Position numbers and translations under genes: made by a program
Shown here: positions 1 to 8,729 of the stretch, one piece after another
Numbering within the stretch: the first letter of the stretch is position 1
Layout of the letters: every line of letters starts with the position of its first letter
From: Candidatus Latescibacterota bacterium
GTDB taxonomy: Bacteria > Latescibacterota > UBA2968 > UBA8231
DNA length: 64,000 bases
Reading direction: 5' to 3'
Assembly (NCBI GenBank): GCA_965203175.1
Contig: OZ241867.1
Span: 1,472,001 to 1,536,000 of the forward strand
Notes under the pieces: model-generated
The model's input: only the letters and a program-made list of their open reading frames with translations
What the model was told of the DNA's origin: nothing
Databases searched by the model: none

Positions 1-1841
1 GGGGGTAGCAGGTTGCCCGCATCGTCCACGCCCTCCCAAGTAGCCGAAAACCGGCCACTGGCCGCTGTACTATGGGCCACCTCGCATCGCTTCACTCCCG
101 CCAGATCGTAGAGATTGATCGTCACGGGCACATCACCGCTGAGGTTTACCAGATCGTATTCAATTTGTAGCACATCGTTGACGCCATCGCCGTTGGGAGT
201 GAAAAGCCGCGGCGCGAGCCACAATGCCTTGACCGCTGGATTGGCCACCGTACTCAACCCGACACTTAGGGTATTGCTCTCGGCCAGATCATCGGCGTTC
301 CCCGCCGTGATGCGCTGGCGCACTTCATGGGGGAGTTGGCTGTCGAAGACCCGGCCCGAAAACACCGTGCCCACCTGAAAGACCTCGGCCTGAAATTCGA
401 CCTCGACCAACTCGCCCGTGCGGTTGAGATCAATTCGCGGTACTTGTACCACAAAGCTCTTCGCGTCTCTTTCCGCGATGGTAAAATCCTGTTCTTCGCC
501 GCCAATGTACACTGCGTCAATGCTCGTGACCTCTATGGGGGTGTCGATCTCAATGCTGTCGAAGCCGAGATCACTCTGCTCTAAGTTGGGCAGGATTTTG
601 TAGATGAATTGGACGACCTCGCCCACCTCGACTTGGTGCGGAACGATCTCGGCCAACACTTGGCTGGCCACCGGGGGTTGGGAGACATTAAACTGCAAGT
701 ACTCCATGCGTCCGGCCGCAAGGGCTCGCTCCGAGAGGAAGTCCGCCTTGAACTGCAAGTAGCGCCGAGGCCGTGAACCCACTAATTCGGAATGGCCCCG
801 ATCGAAATCGAGCGGCGGCGTCCAGAACTCCCAACTTTCGTTATCCGGACTAATCCCGGCTTTCTCGCCTTCCTCCAGTCTTTTATAGCGGTCTAGGGTG
901 AGCGGTTCGCCGCTGACTGCAAAGCGAGAGCGCTCGTCGCCTCTGAACGTGAAGCGCCAATAGAAATTGGGATCCGTGTCGTCGCCGCTGCGCATGCTCA
1001 GATTGACCGTTGCGCCCTGATCTCGGCTGCCCGACCAAGTCAACTCACCTAGGCTAGAAGCCATGCCCAAATCAATGACATTGGATATATAGCTGGCCTG
1101 CGAGGCAAAGCCATCCCCGAAGATCTCAAATTCGGCGATCTCCCAATTGCCAATGGGTGCCTTAAAAAGAATTTCGGCAATGGGCCGGTCGGGCAGTTCC
1201 AAATCGAGAAAGGGCTCCAAATTATTGGCAACCGAGAACACGACATCGTAATCGAGAAAAGCCCCGCGCCAATGGTATCGCCCTTCTCGAGTTCCCTTTT
1301 TGCGCGAATCGCCATCGTTAGTGCCTATCTCGAACACCTCGATGAAGCGCTGGTGAGCAAAGCGCTCCGTGGTGGAAATTTTGATGCGGCGGATGGGAAA
1401 CAGTCCTTTTAACTCAAACCAGATGCCCTTCTTGCACGGCGAGCAGTCGGCCGACTGGCTGCGGCCACTTCCCAAATAAGCAGTGGTCAGATCCCCGTCC
1501 ATCAAGAAGTCTAAGAGGGCTTCCGATTGCCAACCGTAGGAATTGTTCGAGCGTATGCCGCCGCCCCGTTCCCGAATCAGGGGCGTCAGATTGACGGCGG
1601 GGTCTAGGCGCTGAGGCTCGATAGAATGGGGCGCGACCTCCAAGAGGTCTATCCTACCGAGCTGTTTTTCGTCCACATCAGCCCAAGACAACTGGATAAA
1701 TTCAAAGTCCCCATCCACTTCCGGCGGCGGCAGCTCCTCGCCGCCGATGCGATACACGGTGAGCGCCTCGACCGCAGCTAGCCCATAGCAAAAGCTCCCT
1801 ACTAGAGCAGCCGACAAAAGTCGCAGCAAATTCCCTCTCAT
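1..1841 (-). CDS. Secreted discoidin/F5-8-like protein with C-terminal FTPNGDGVND + FlgD-Ig domain (3' end runs off the window)
   Basis: Not in the ORF track; translated by hand from ATG at 1841: signal peptide MRGNLLRLLSAALVGSFCYGLAAVEA, then LMDGDLTTAY, EIAEFEIFGDGF, PRRYLQF, LFTPNGDGVNDV, LYDLAG, WEGVDDAGNLLPP. Open to position 1; paralogue of 8730-10979 and 15721-18321. Confidence 0.85.
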   Translation of the reverse strand, partial: MRGNLLRLLSAALVGSFCYGLAAVEALTVYRIGGEELPPPEVDGDFEFIQLSWADVDEKQLGRIDLLEVAPHSIEPQRLDPAVNLTPLIRERGGGIRSNNSYGWQSEALLDFLMDGDLTTAYLGSGRSQSADCSPCKKGIWFELKGLFPIRRIKISTTERFAHQRFIEVFEIGTNDGDSRKKGTREGRYHWRGAFLDYDVVFSVANNLEPFLDLELPDRPIAEILFKAPIGNWEIAEFEIFGDGFASQASYISNVIDLGMASSLGELTWSGSRDQGATVNLSMRSGDDTDPNFYWRFTFRGDERSRFAVSGEPLTLDRYKRLEEGEKAGISPDNESWEFWTPPLDFDRGHSELVGSRPRRYLQFKADFLSERALAAGRMEYLQFNVSQPPVASQVLAEIVPHQVEVGEVVQFIYKILPNLEQSDLGFDSIEIDTPIEVTSIDAVYIGGEEQDFTIAERDAKSFVVQVPRIDLNRTGELVEVEFQAEVFQVGTVFSGRVFDSQLPHEVRQRITAGNADDLAESNTLSVGLSTVANPAVKALWLAPRLFTPNGDGVNDVLQIEYDLVNLSGDVPVTINLYDLAGVKRCEVAHSTAASGRFSATWEGVDDAGNLLP

Positions 1842-1881
1842 TATCTACTTCCTACACCGGTAGATGATCTAGATAATAAAT

Positions 1882-1917
1882 AAAAGAAGGGGAGGAATAG
1901 AATTCCCCCCCTTCTTT
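1882..1917 (-). terminator. Rho-independent terminator after the CBM9-like gene
   Basis: Inverted repeat AAAGAAGGGG-AGGAAT...ATTCC-CCCCTTCTTT; T-rich tail on the minus strand, ~30 nt after the stop at 1947. Confidence 0.75.
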
Positions 1918-1946
1918 ATGAGGCGCTTATGCGGCGCAAGAACCGC

Positions 1947-2867
1947 TTACTTGCCGAATGAAGCCTTGATCTGGCCCCAAGTGTTGTCTTCAACGGCTGT
2001 GGGCTCGATACCTTCAAAGGCGGACTCGTCAACGCCCAGCATCACCCAATCGGCAAAGAAATCAGCGTCGCCGAAGGACTCGACGTTGGGACCGATAGCC
2101 CAGCGCGAATGGCAGTTACAATCGTCGGATAGCTCGGCATCAGTATCGAAGACGTGCCCTGTAAGGCCGATGATCTCGTCCTGCTGGAAGTCGTGGAGGA
2201 CGCTTCCGGCGGGATCTTCCCAGTTGAAGTCGTCCCAATAGACGCTCCACCATTCGGCCCGTTGGCGCATCTCCTCAAAGGAATTGGGAGCCGTGCCGCT
2301 AAACCAATAGGCGTGATCGGAGTACGGCGGCGTGTCGTACCAGGTAGCCTGGGTCATCCAGAACCAGTTCCACTCTCCTTCACGGGCTTGGCCATTGTCG
2401 AACCAATAGTGGCTGATTTGGGCATGGCGACCGCGCTGGCGTGCCTTCTCCTCGTCGGTTTGGCCTTCCAGATCCCAGAAGGAGCCGCCCGAGTGATCGG
2501 CGTCCACAGTCGTTTCGATCGACTCGTTGCCCAACTGGTACTTGTCGTCGAAGCGCTCGTAGGCCCAGTAGATGCGGTTGGTTTCCTCGTTCCAAGTGGG
2601 AATCCAGCGGAAGGAAATCGAGGACACGTCCAAATCGCCGGTGTAGATCCACGCCCGAGTCGTGCTCTGTACGACGTTCTGCTCGGTGATCCAAAATTCC
2701 TCGGGAATGATATCCCACTCGCTCAGATCGGCATCTAAGACCGGCAAGTGAGTCTCAGGCCATTGCCACACCGCGCCGATAAAATCGGGCGGATCGTGGG
2801 CTTGTACCTGGGAGTTCAAGCCAAGCAAAAGCACGGGGGTAAATAAGACGGATAAAACTTTCTTCAA
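1947..2867 (-). CDS. Secreted CBM9/DOMON-like protein with C-terminal TWGxIK motif
   Basis: TTG start with AGGAGG SD; signal peptide; PVLDADLSEW and ESIETTVDAD motifs; Trp-rich; ends TAVEDNTWGQIKASFGK. Confidence 0.75.
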   Translation of the reverse strand: MKKVLSVLFTPVLLLGLNSQVQAHDPPDFIGAVWQWPETHLPVLDADLSEWDIIPEEFWITEQNVVQSTTRAWIYTGDLDVSSISFRWIPTWNEETNRIYWAYERFDDKYQLGNESIETTVDADHSGGSFWDLEGQTDEEKARQRGRHAQISHYWFDNGQAREGEWNWFWMTQATWYDTPPYSDHAYWFSGTAPNSFEEMRQRAEWWSVYWDDFNWEDPAGSVLHDFQQDEIIGLTGHVFDTDAELSDDCNCHSRWAIGPNVESFGDADFFADWVMLGVDESAFEGIEPTAVEDNTWGQIKASFGK

Positions 2868-2967
2868 AGCGACCCTCCTTCTTAGAGGTGTGAGGTTTTG
2901 CAGGTTTATGTACTTGATTTCTACGCTTCTGTAATTAATAAAAATAGACTATAAGGTCAAGCAAAAA

Positions 2968-5883
2968 TCACTTTAAGCCGGCGATAATCGACAGAAAACT
3001 CAAGCCCGAGGTCTCGATTTCTCGGCTCCGGTCAACTACCTCTATCGAGCGGCGGTCGAGGCGGATGCCCACTTGAGTAGTTAGCTCATACCCTAAGTAT
3101 TGGCTGATATTGGTGAGTTGAAGCGCCAAAACCGAGCCGCGAAAATCCCCGGTGAACAGCCCCTCCTCCAACTCATCTTCTCCTTCGAGGTCGAAGAAAG
3201 AGCGCTGCTCCAAGCCGAACTCGAACTCGGTGGTCTCAAGCACGGGGATGCTGCCGACAAAGAAAAAGAGGCCGTCCCAAGAGCGCCGCTCGTCGAATGC
3301 TCGGCTAAAGGGCACCTCGCGCAGAAATTCGCTCTTGAATTTGGGCCTGAGACTCAGCGACCGCCAAGAAAAGACATATTCTATCTTATTGATCAGCCCG
3401 ACAAAGCCCGAGGTCTGTCGCCCATTGCGCCCCTCGGGGCCCAGCGGGTCAAAGTCCACCACAGAATCGCCGGCCTCATCCGATGCGTCGCGCAAAAATT
3501 CGACCTCGCTGGCGCGCTGCCGCCAAGTCTCCCACTTAAAGCGATGCAGGGTCTGCCACAAATGCGGGCTAGAGTACTCCCAATCGACGTAAAAAGTGTT
3601 GATCCAAGTGTTCTCCGCAGCTAGGGGATCCAATACCGGCACATTGCTGCCAGCCGACTCGGACGCCGCGCCGAATGTGCTCCTAGGGATGATCCATTGC
3701 ACCAAGTGGTCGGCGATCGCGTCTTCGGCCTTCTTAACCATGTCGAAAATCCGCAGACGGCCCCACCGCGACCCGCTCTGCTCCAAGATGAACATTCCAT
3801 AGCTAGTCAGATTGCGGTGGTCGGTTGCCAAGCGGATTTGCCGCAATTGACCTACCCGTAGCTGGATACCCGGTGCCACCTCGATCCCGCCGAAGACGTT
3901 GTACCCCCAGTGATCTCGCTTGTAGGGATAGTCCGGCTCTTGATCGTTCTCAAAGCGCTCCACCCACCTATTGTTGTTGAGATCAATGCCGAAGAGAAAT
4001 TCCGGGCGATCCGCGGCATAGCGCAAAAAAGGCTCGTCGTAGTCGGGGAAAAAATTTACCCGATCGACGGTGCTATTCTGATTGAAATCCGATATGAAGT
4101 CGCGATTCTCGTCATAACCGGGGAAAACCGCCGGATCGGACACGCCGCGGACCTCGATTTCGCGGCGGCGCTCGGTGGGGACAAAGCTGCCCTCGCCCAC
4201 CCGCAGCCAGTCGGGCTGCCGGTCGTTGTCGTCGTTGTCATCTACAAATTCGTAGTGCAGGTTGACGGCCTCGGGGGCGTAGTCCGACACCCCGTCTCGA
4301 TTGACGGTCAGGACGCTGGTGCGGTACCCATTTTCCATACCAAATCCCTCGCCCCTAAAGCTCCAAGGCCCCTCCCGGAAGGCCAAATTGACCAACCATC
4401 CTACTTCATGGGAATCCCCCTCAATGCCGCTGATCGCACGATGGGAATCGCGACCTATGCTGGGGTATTTTCGGTACTGGGTATTGAGGTTTATTTCTCC
4501 GTAAAAATCGAAGCCGTGAAAATCCCGCACCTCGGCCGTCAGACCGACGATCTGGTTGGCCGTAGGTAGCCCATAGTCGAAGACGACCTCGCGCTGATTC
4601 AGTTGGTTCTTGATATTGCCATCGGCCCGCGCCACAGGTAAAAATTGCGGCACGTTAAATTTGTCCGTCTGCCTATTGGAACTGACCCCGACGCGGTAAT
4701 CGTTGGCTAGCACGAGGCGAAAGCGCACGTCTCGAATGGCGCTAATCGCGGCTTCGGCCTCAGATAGGGTGAGATCTAGGTGTTGCTGGAAGAGCGCACG
4801 CAAGGTTCCCTCTTCCCCCGTCGTCTCCCTAGGAGCCAAGTGATATTGCAAAATGATCTGGTCGGCACCATCGGCCGTTAGAAATCCCCGGTCTATCTTC
4901 CCTCCCGCAATGGTCGGTCTAAAGCCGATACTGCTGCTGAGGATGACGGTATCCCGCTCCACGTGAACTAGCCGGTCCCCAATCATCTCCTGACGGCTTA
5001 GGGTAGTGCGGATCTCGATCTCCTCGCTAACCAAGACGGCACCACCTTCGCCATCTTCTGGCGAGTCGTCCGAGAGCCGTACCAAGAGCAGATCAACTCG
5101 CTGAGCCAGTTGCCCCGCCGTCAGGGCACCCTTGAACACATTCCCTTGGAAGCTCTCGTTGCTGCCGGTGTTGTTGTGGCTGTTGACGAAGTTCATCCCC
5201 AACGTAAAAGAATCAGTCAAGTCGGCTTCAACTCGACCCGCGGTGAGGTTGGTAGCGTACTGGAAACGCGCGGTGCCCCCCGAAAGGAGCGGGAACGAAA
5301 TCCGCGAGAAAAGCCCCGTAGCGCGAAAGCGGTCTGCGGCAAAGTCAGCTACTACCCCGTTAAACCCCGCCTTGCGGAAAGTCATCGGCGTTAGGGTAGT
5401 CCATATCTCGTCTCCGACCATCACCGAATAGCGGTACTGGCCTTTGGAGTCCCCAGATATGACCAAGCGACTAAACCAGTTGTTGTACGGAGCACTTTTC
5501 CTGATGGAGGAACTCTCGGCGATCAGTGGTTTTGTCTGGCGCCAGTCGTACACCAGCCAGCCTCGCGTAATGAGGCGCCCGAAGGGATCGTAGAAGAGAT
5601 CCCCCTCTGACGCGGGGTTGATATAGCGCCTGTGGGCTTGGCGGGCGTAGTTGGTGTACTCCCACTGATTGCGGCCAAATTCGCCAAACAGGGGGGCCGG
5701 TATGTACCAGCGCTGCACAGTCGGATCCAGCGCCTCCATATAAGTAGTTACGCCGGGCACGTGGTAAATGACGCGGTCTCCCACCCGATCCCCTAGACGG
5801 CCCCCGTAGTCGACTTGCGCAGCGGCAACCCCCCACAGACCCAACCCGGCTAAGGCAGCCAATGTGATGTAACGCGCCTTCAT
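2968..5883 (-). CDS. Large exported hypothetical protein (971 aa), Asp-rich Ca-binding-like motifs, probable beta-barrel C-terminus
   Basis: Signal peptide; DDNDDNDRQPDW, DENRDFISDFNQN, GIDLNNN motifs; alternating strands ending SFLSIIAGLK; paralogue of the upstream gene. Confidence 0.8.
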   Translation of the reverse strand: MKARYITLAALAGLGLWGVAAAQVDYGGRLGDRVGDRVIYHVPGVTTYMEALDPTVQRWYIPAPLFGEFGRNQWEYTNYARQAHRRYINPASEGDLFYDPFGRLITRGWLVYDWRQTKPLIAESSSIRKSAPYNNWFSRLVISGDSKGQYRYSVMVGDEIWTTLTPMTFRKAGFNGVVADFAADRFRATGLFSRISFPLLSGGTARFQYATNLTAGRVEADLTDSFTLGMNFVNSHNNTGSNESFQGNVFKGALTAGQLAQRVDLLLVRLSDDSPEDGEGGAVLVSEEIEIRTTLSRQEMIGDRLVHVERDTVILSSSIGFRPTIAGGKIDRGFLTADGADQIILQYHLAPRETTGEEGTLRALFQQHLDLTLSEAEAAISAIRDVRFRLVLANDYRVGVSSNRQTDKFNVPQFLPVARADGNIKNQLNQREVVFDYGLPTANQIVGLTAEVRDFHGFDFYGEINLNTQYRKYPSIGRDSHRAISGIEGDSHEVGWLVNLAFREGPWSFRGEGFGMENGYRTSVLTVNRDGVSDYAPEAVNLHYEFVDDNDDNDRQPDWLRVGEGSFVPTERRREIEVRGVSDPAVFPGYDENRDFISDFNQNSTVDRVNFFPDYDEPFLRYAADRPEFLFGIDLNNNRWVERFENDQEPDYPYKRDHWGYNVFGGIEVAPGIQLRVGQLRQIRLATDHRNLTSYGMFILEQSGSRWGRLRIFDMVKKAEDAIADHLVQWIIPRSTFGAASESAGSNVPVLDPLAAENTWINTFYVDWEYSSPHLWQTLHRFKWETWRQRASEVEFLRDASDEAGDSVVDFDPLGPEGRNGRQTSGFVGLINKIEYVFSWRSLSLRPKFKSEFLREVPFSRAFDERRSWDGLFFFVGSIPVLETTEFEFGLEQRSFFDLEGEDELEEGLFTGDFRGSVLALQLTNISQYLGYELTTQVGIRLDRRSIEVVDRSREIETSGLSFLSIIAGLK

Positions 5884-5885
5884 CC

Positions 5886-8669
5886 TTACAGTCCGGCGTA
5901 GATGGTGATAAAGCTAGTGGTCTCGGTCCGGCCTTTGGTGAGCTTGTCGAAGACCCGAGGTTCTACCTCCCGCACCGTCTCGGTGAAGGTGCGGCCGATG
6001 CGTAGGCCAAGCTGCGTCGTCAGCTTGTAACCCAAATAGTTCGAGTTGTTGGTTAGCTGCACCGCAAAAACCGCAGAGCGCAAATCACCGGTCTCTTCGG
6101 CGATGCCTTGCTCGACCATATCCTCCTCCTGCTGTACCAGTTCGTTGAACTGGGCCAACTCCACCCCAAAGTCGACTACGCTGCTGTTGAGTAGGGGTAC
6201 TTGAGCCAGAAGCGAGGCAATCCCAGTCCATTGTTTTAAGTCTTCTTCGGCTAGCACAAAGGCGTCTTGACGGAAGTACTCACTTTTGAGCCTAGGCTGT
6301 AGGAGGAAGCGGCCTAGGTGCAGCTTGTACTCGAATTTGTTGATCAAGCCCAAGAGGGAGGACGAACCGGCCAGTGTCCGGCCGTCGATGTCGCGAGCCT
6401 CATCTTGGGCTTGGCTGTAGTGCTCGTATTTGAGTTTGTTGACGATCTCGAAATTGGCAATGGCGGTGTAGTCTACCCCCAGCCACGCGGTGTTGATCCA
6501 GGTATCGGGAAAGACCAGCATATCCGCCACCAGCGGCGGCGTGGGCGCGTCGAGGAAGGGTAGCGGTGCCCGCCGGTCATCGGGAATGGTGTCCGCGACC
6601 CGCTTGAGCATATCGAAGACCCGCACCCGCCCAAAACCGGGGTAATCCTTGTCGAGGGTGAACATGGCATACGCGGTTTGGTTGTCCCGATCGTCCGAGA
6701 GCATGCGCTCGTCGAGCCGCCCTACCAGTAAGCGCGCCTCGGGTAAGAGGTGGATGCCAAAAAAGACATTGTAACCGCGCCGGTCGGGCTTGTAGGGATA
6801 GTCGGCCAACTCGTCATCTTCAAAGCGGTCGATCCAGCCGTTGTTGTTGAGGTCAATGCCAAAGAGGAATTCGGGCCGATCAACGTGATAGCGCAAAAAC
6901 GGCTCTTCGTAGTCGGGAATGGAGTTGGGCACCGAGCGGTTGTCGTTTTGGTTGAAGTCCGAAATGAAGTCGAGGTTTTCGTCCCAGCCAGGAAACACCT
7001 CCCGGTCATTGGCCTGTGAGCCTACCCGAGCCCAGTCGGGCCGGCGGTCTTGGTCGTCGTTGTCGGCGACAAATTCGTAAACCGAGCGGATGGGATCGTC
7101 GTAGAACACGTCCCCCCCGGGCAGGGAGACAAAAGCCGAGGTCGAATAGTCGGCATCCACCGAATAGGCTTCGCCATAAGTAAAAAACGGGTAGGCCTCT
7201 TTGGCCAGATTGAAGATAGTGGCCTGACCACTCTCCGCAGAGATCTCGTGCCCTTCGTTGGCGTTGAATAGGGCGGCATTCGGGTACTGGAAATAGCGCA
7301 GGTTGTTGTTCCATTCGCCGTAGAAATCAAATCCCCACACGTTCTTGCCTTCGATAGTGAATCCGGCGATCATGTTGGCCGAAGGCAAGCCGTAGTTGAA
7401 AAGAACCCGCTGGGCGTTGGATATGTCTTTTATATTGCCGGAGGCCCGCCTTATGTTGATGAGAACCGGATCGGCTTCTTCAATGACTTGGTTGGTCAGC
7501 GGCGGCGGCGGCACCGGGCGCGTGCCCGTCTGCAGATTGGACCACATTTCGACCTTGAAATCATTGGCTAGCACATAGTCGAACTCCACTTCGACTATAG
7601 AAGTTAGATCCGGCCCCACATACGCCGGGTCCGTAAAGTCGTAATTGAGGATGATTCGCTCGGTGCCGTCGGCGGCCACAAAGCCAGTGCGCGGAAAGCC
7701 GCCGAATACGGTCGGCCACTCCGCTCCCTCGCGCACCACCTCGTCCAACGTCAAGACCGTCTCTAGACCCGTCTCGAAATCGCGACTCTTGATGCGTATA
7801 TCGTGGCTGAAAAGGGCTGCGCCGCCCTCTTCGTCCTCGGGGCTGTCGTCGCTGAGGACGATAGCTATGGCCGTAACCGGCGTACTGGTCTGGCCCGAGG
7901 TGAGGTTGCCCGCGAGGAGATTGCCTTCAAACATGTCCAAGGTGGTATTGGCGTTGTGGGCGTTGACCAAGGTCCCGCCCACCGTAATAAAGTCGCCTAC
8001 CTGAGCGAGAGCCCGGCCACCGAGCAGAGAGGTCGAATTGGACTGCCGCCTAGGATTGATGGTCACGCCCACGGCCGGATCATTGATCCGCGAGGCCAGT
8101 ACGGTGGCGGCGTATTTGTCCGAGGCGAAGTCGATCTGGACTCCGTTGAAATTCGGCTTGGAAAAAGTCATCGGCGTGAGGGTGGTGCGAATCGCGTTGC
8201 CCACGGTAATGGCGTAGGAGTACTGGCCCCTAGAGTCGCCGCTTACGGTTACCGAACTGAAGAACTGCTCGAATTGGCGGCCCTTGAAAATACCACTGCC
8301 CAGCTCTTGGGGCTGATCTTGGCGCCAGTCGTACACCAGCCAGCCGCGGTTGATATAGTTGCCGAAAAAATCGTAGAAGTAGTCGCCCTCTAAGTTGGTG
8401 TTGATATAGCGCTGGTACTGGTCGCGGGCGTAATTGGAGTACTCCCATTGGCGCCACCTGAACTCGTAGTAGAGTTCTTGGGGCACGTACCATCTCTGTA
8501 CGGCGGGATCTAGGGCTCCAAAGAGTACACCTGGGCCCCGGGGCTCAAAACTGACTTCGCCGCCGCGCTGAATCCCTAGGCGGGTGCCGTAGTTTTGGGC
8601 GTGGAGCACGGTTTGGAACGCGACCAACAGTGCCAGCCCAATCGTTAAATTCACTCCGCGGACATTCAA
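5886..8669 (-). CDS. Large exported hypothetical protein (~927 aa), paralogue of 2968-5883
   Basis: Likely TTG start at 8669 after GGAGG (ORF open to 8684); shares ALDPxVQRWY, QWEYxNYAR, RGWLVYDWRQ, TTLTPMTF and RPEFLFGIDLNNN blocks; ends SFITIYAGL; 2-nt gap to the next gene. Confidence 0.8.
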   Translation of the reverse strand: MNVRGVNLTIGLALLVAFQTVLHAQNYGTRLGIQRGGEVSFEPRGPGVLFGALDPAVQRWYVPQELYYEFRWRQWEYSNYARDQYQRYINTNLEGDYFYDFFGNYINRGWLVYDWRQDQPQELGSGIFKGRQFEQFFSSVTVSGDSRGQYSYAITVGNAIRTTLTPMTFSKPNFNGVQIDFASDKYAATVLASRINDPAVGVTINPRRQSNSTSLLGGRALAQVGDFITVGGTLVNAHNANTTLDMFEGNLLAGNLTSGQTSTPVTAIAIVLSDDSPEDEEGGAALFSHDIRIKSRDFETGLETVLTLDEVVREGAEWPTVFGGFPRTGFVAADGTERIILNYDFTDPAYVGPDLTSIVEVEFDYVLANDFKVEMWSNLQTGTRPVPPPPLTNQVIEEADPVLINIRRASGNIKDISNAQRVLFNYGLPSANMIAGFTIEGKNVWGFDFYGEWNNNLRYFQYPNAALFNANEGHEISAESGQATIFNLAKEAYPFFTYGEAYSVDADYSTSAFVSLPGGDVFYDDPIRSVYEFVADNDDQDRRPDWARVGSQANDREVFPGWDENLDFISDFNQNDNRSVPNSIPDYEEPFLRYHVDRPEFLFGIDLNNNGWIDRFEDDELADYPYKPDRRGYNVFFGIHLLPEARLLVGRLDERMLSDDRDNQTAYAMFTLDKDYPGFGRVRVFDMLKRVADTIPDDRRAPLPFLDAPTPPLVADMLVFPDTWINTAWLGVDYTAIANFEIVNKLKYEHYSQAQDEARDIDGRTLAGSSSLLGLINKFEYKLHLGRFLLQPRLKSEYFRQDAFVLAEEDLKQWTGIASLLAQVPLLNSSVVDFGVELAQFNELVQQEEDMVEQGIAEETGDLRSAVFAVQLTNNSNYLGYKLTTQLGLRIGRTFTETVREVEPRVFDKLTKGRTETTSFITIYAGL

Positions 8670-8729
8670 TGCCCATCCTCCCAATTCTGCATGGTAAAAT
8701 TCATCGCGAGGAAATCTCCTCGCCTAGCA

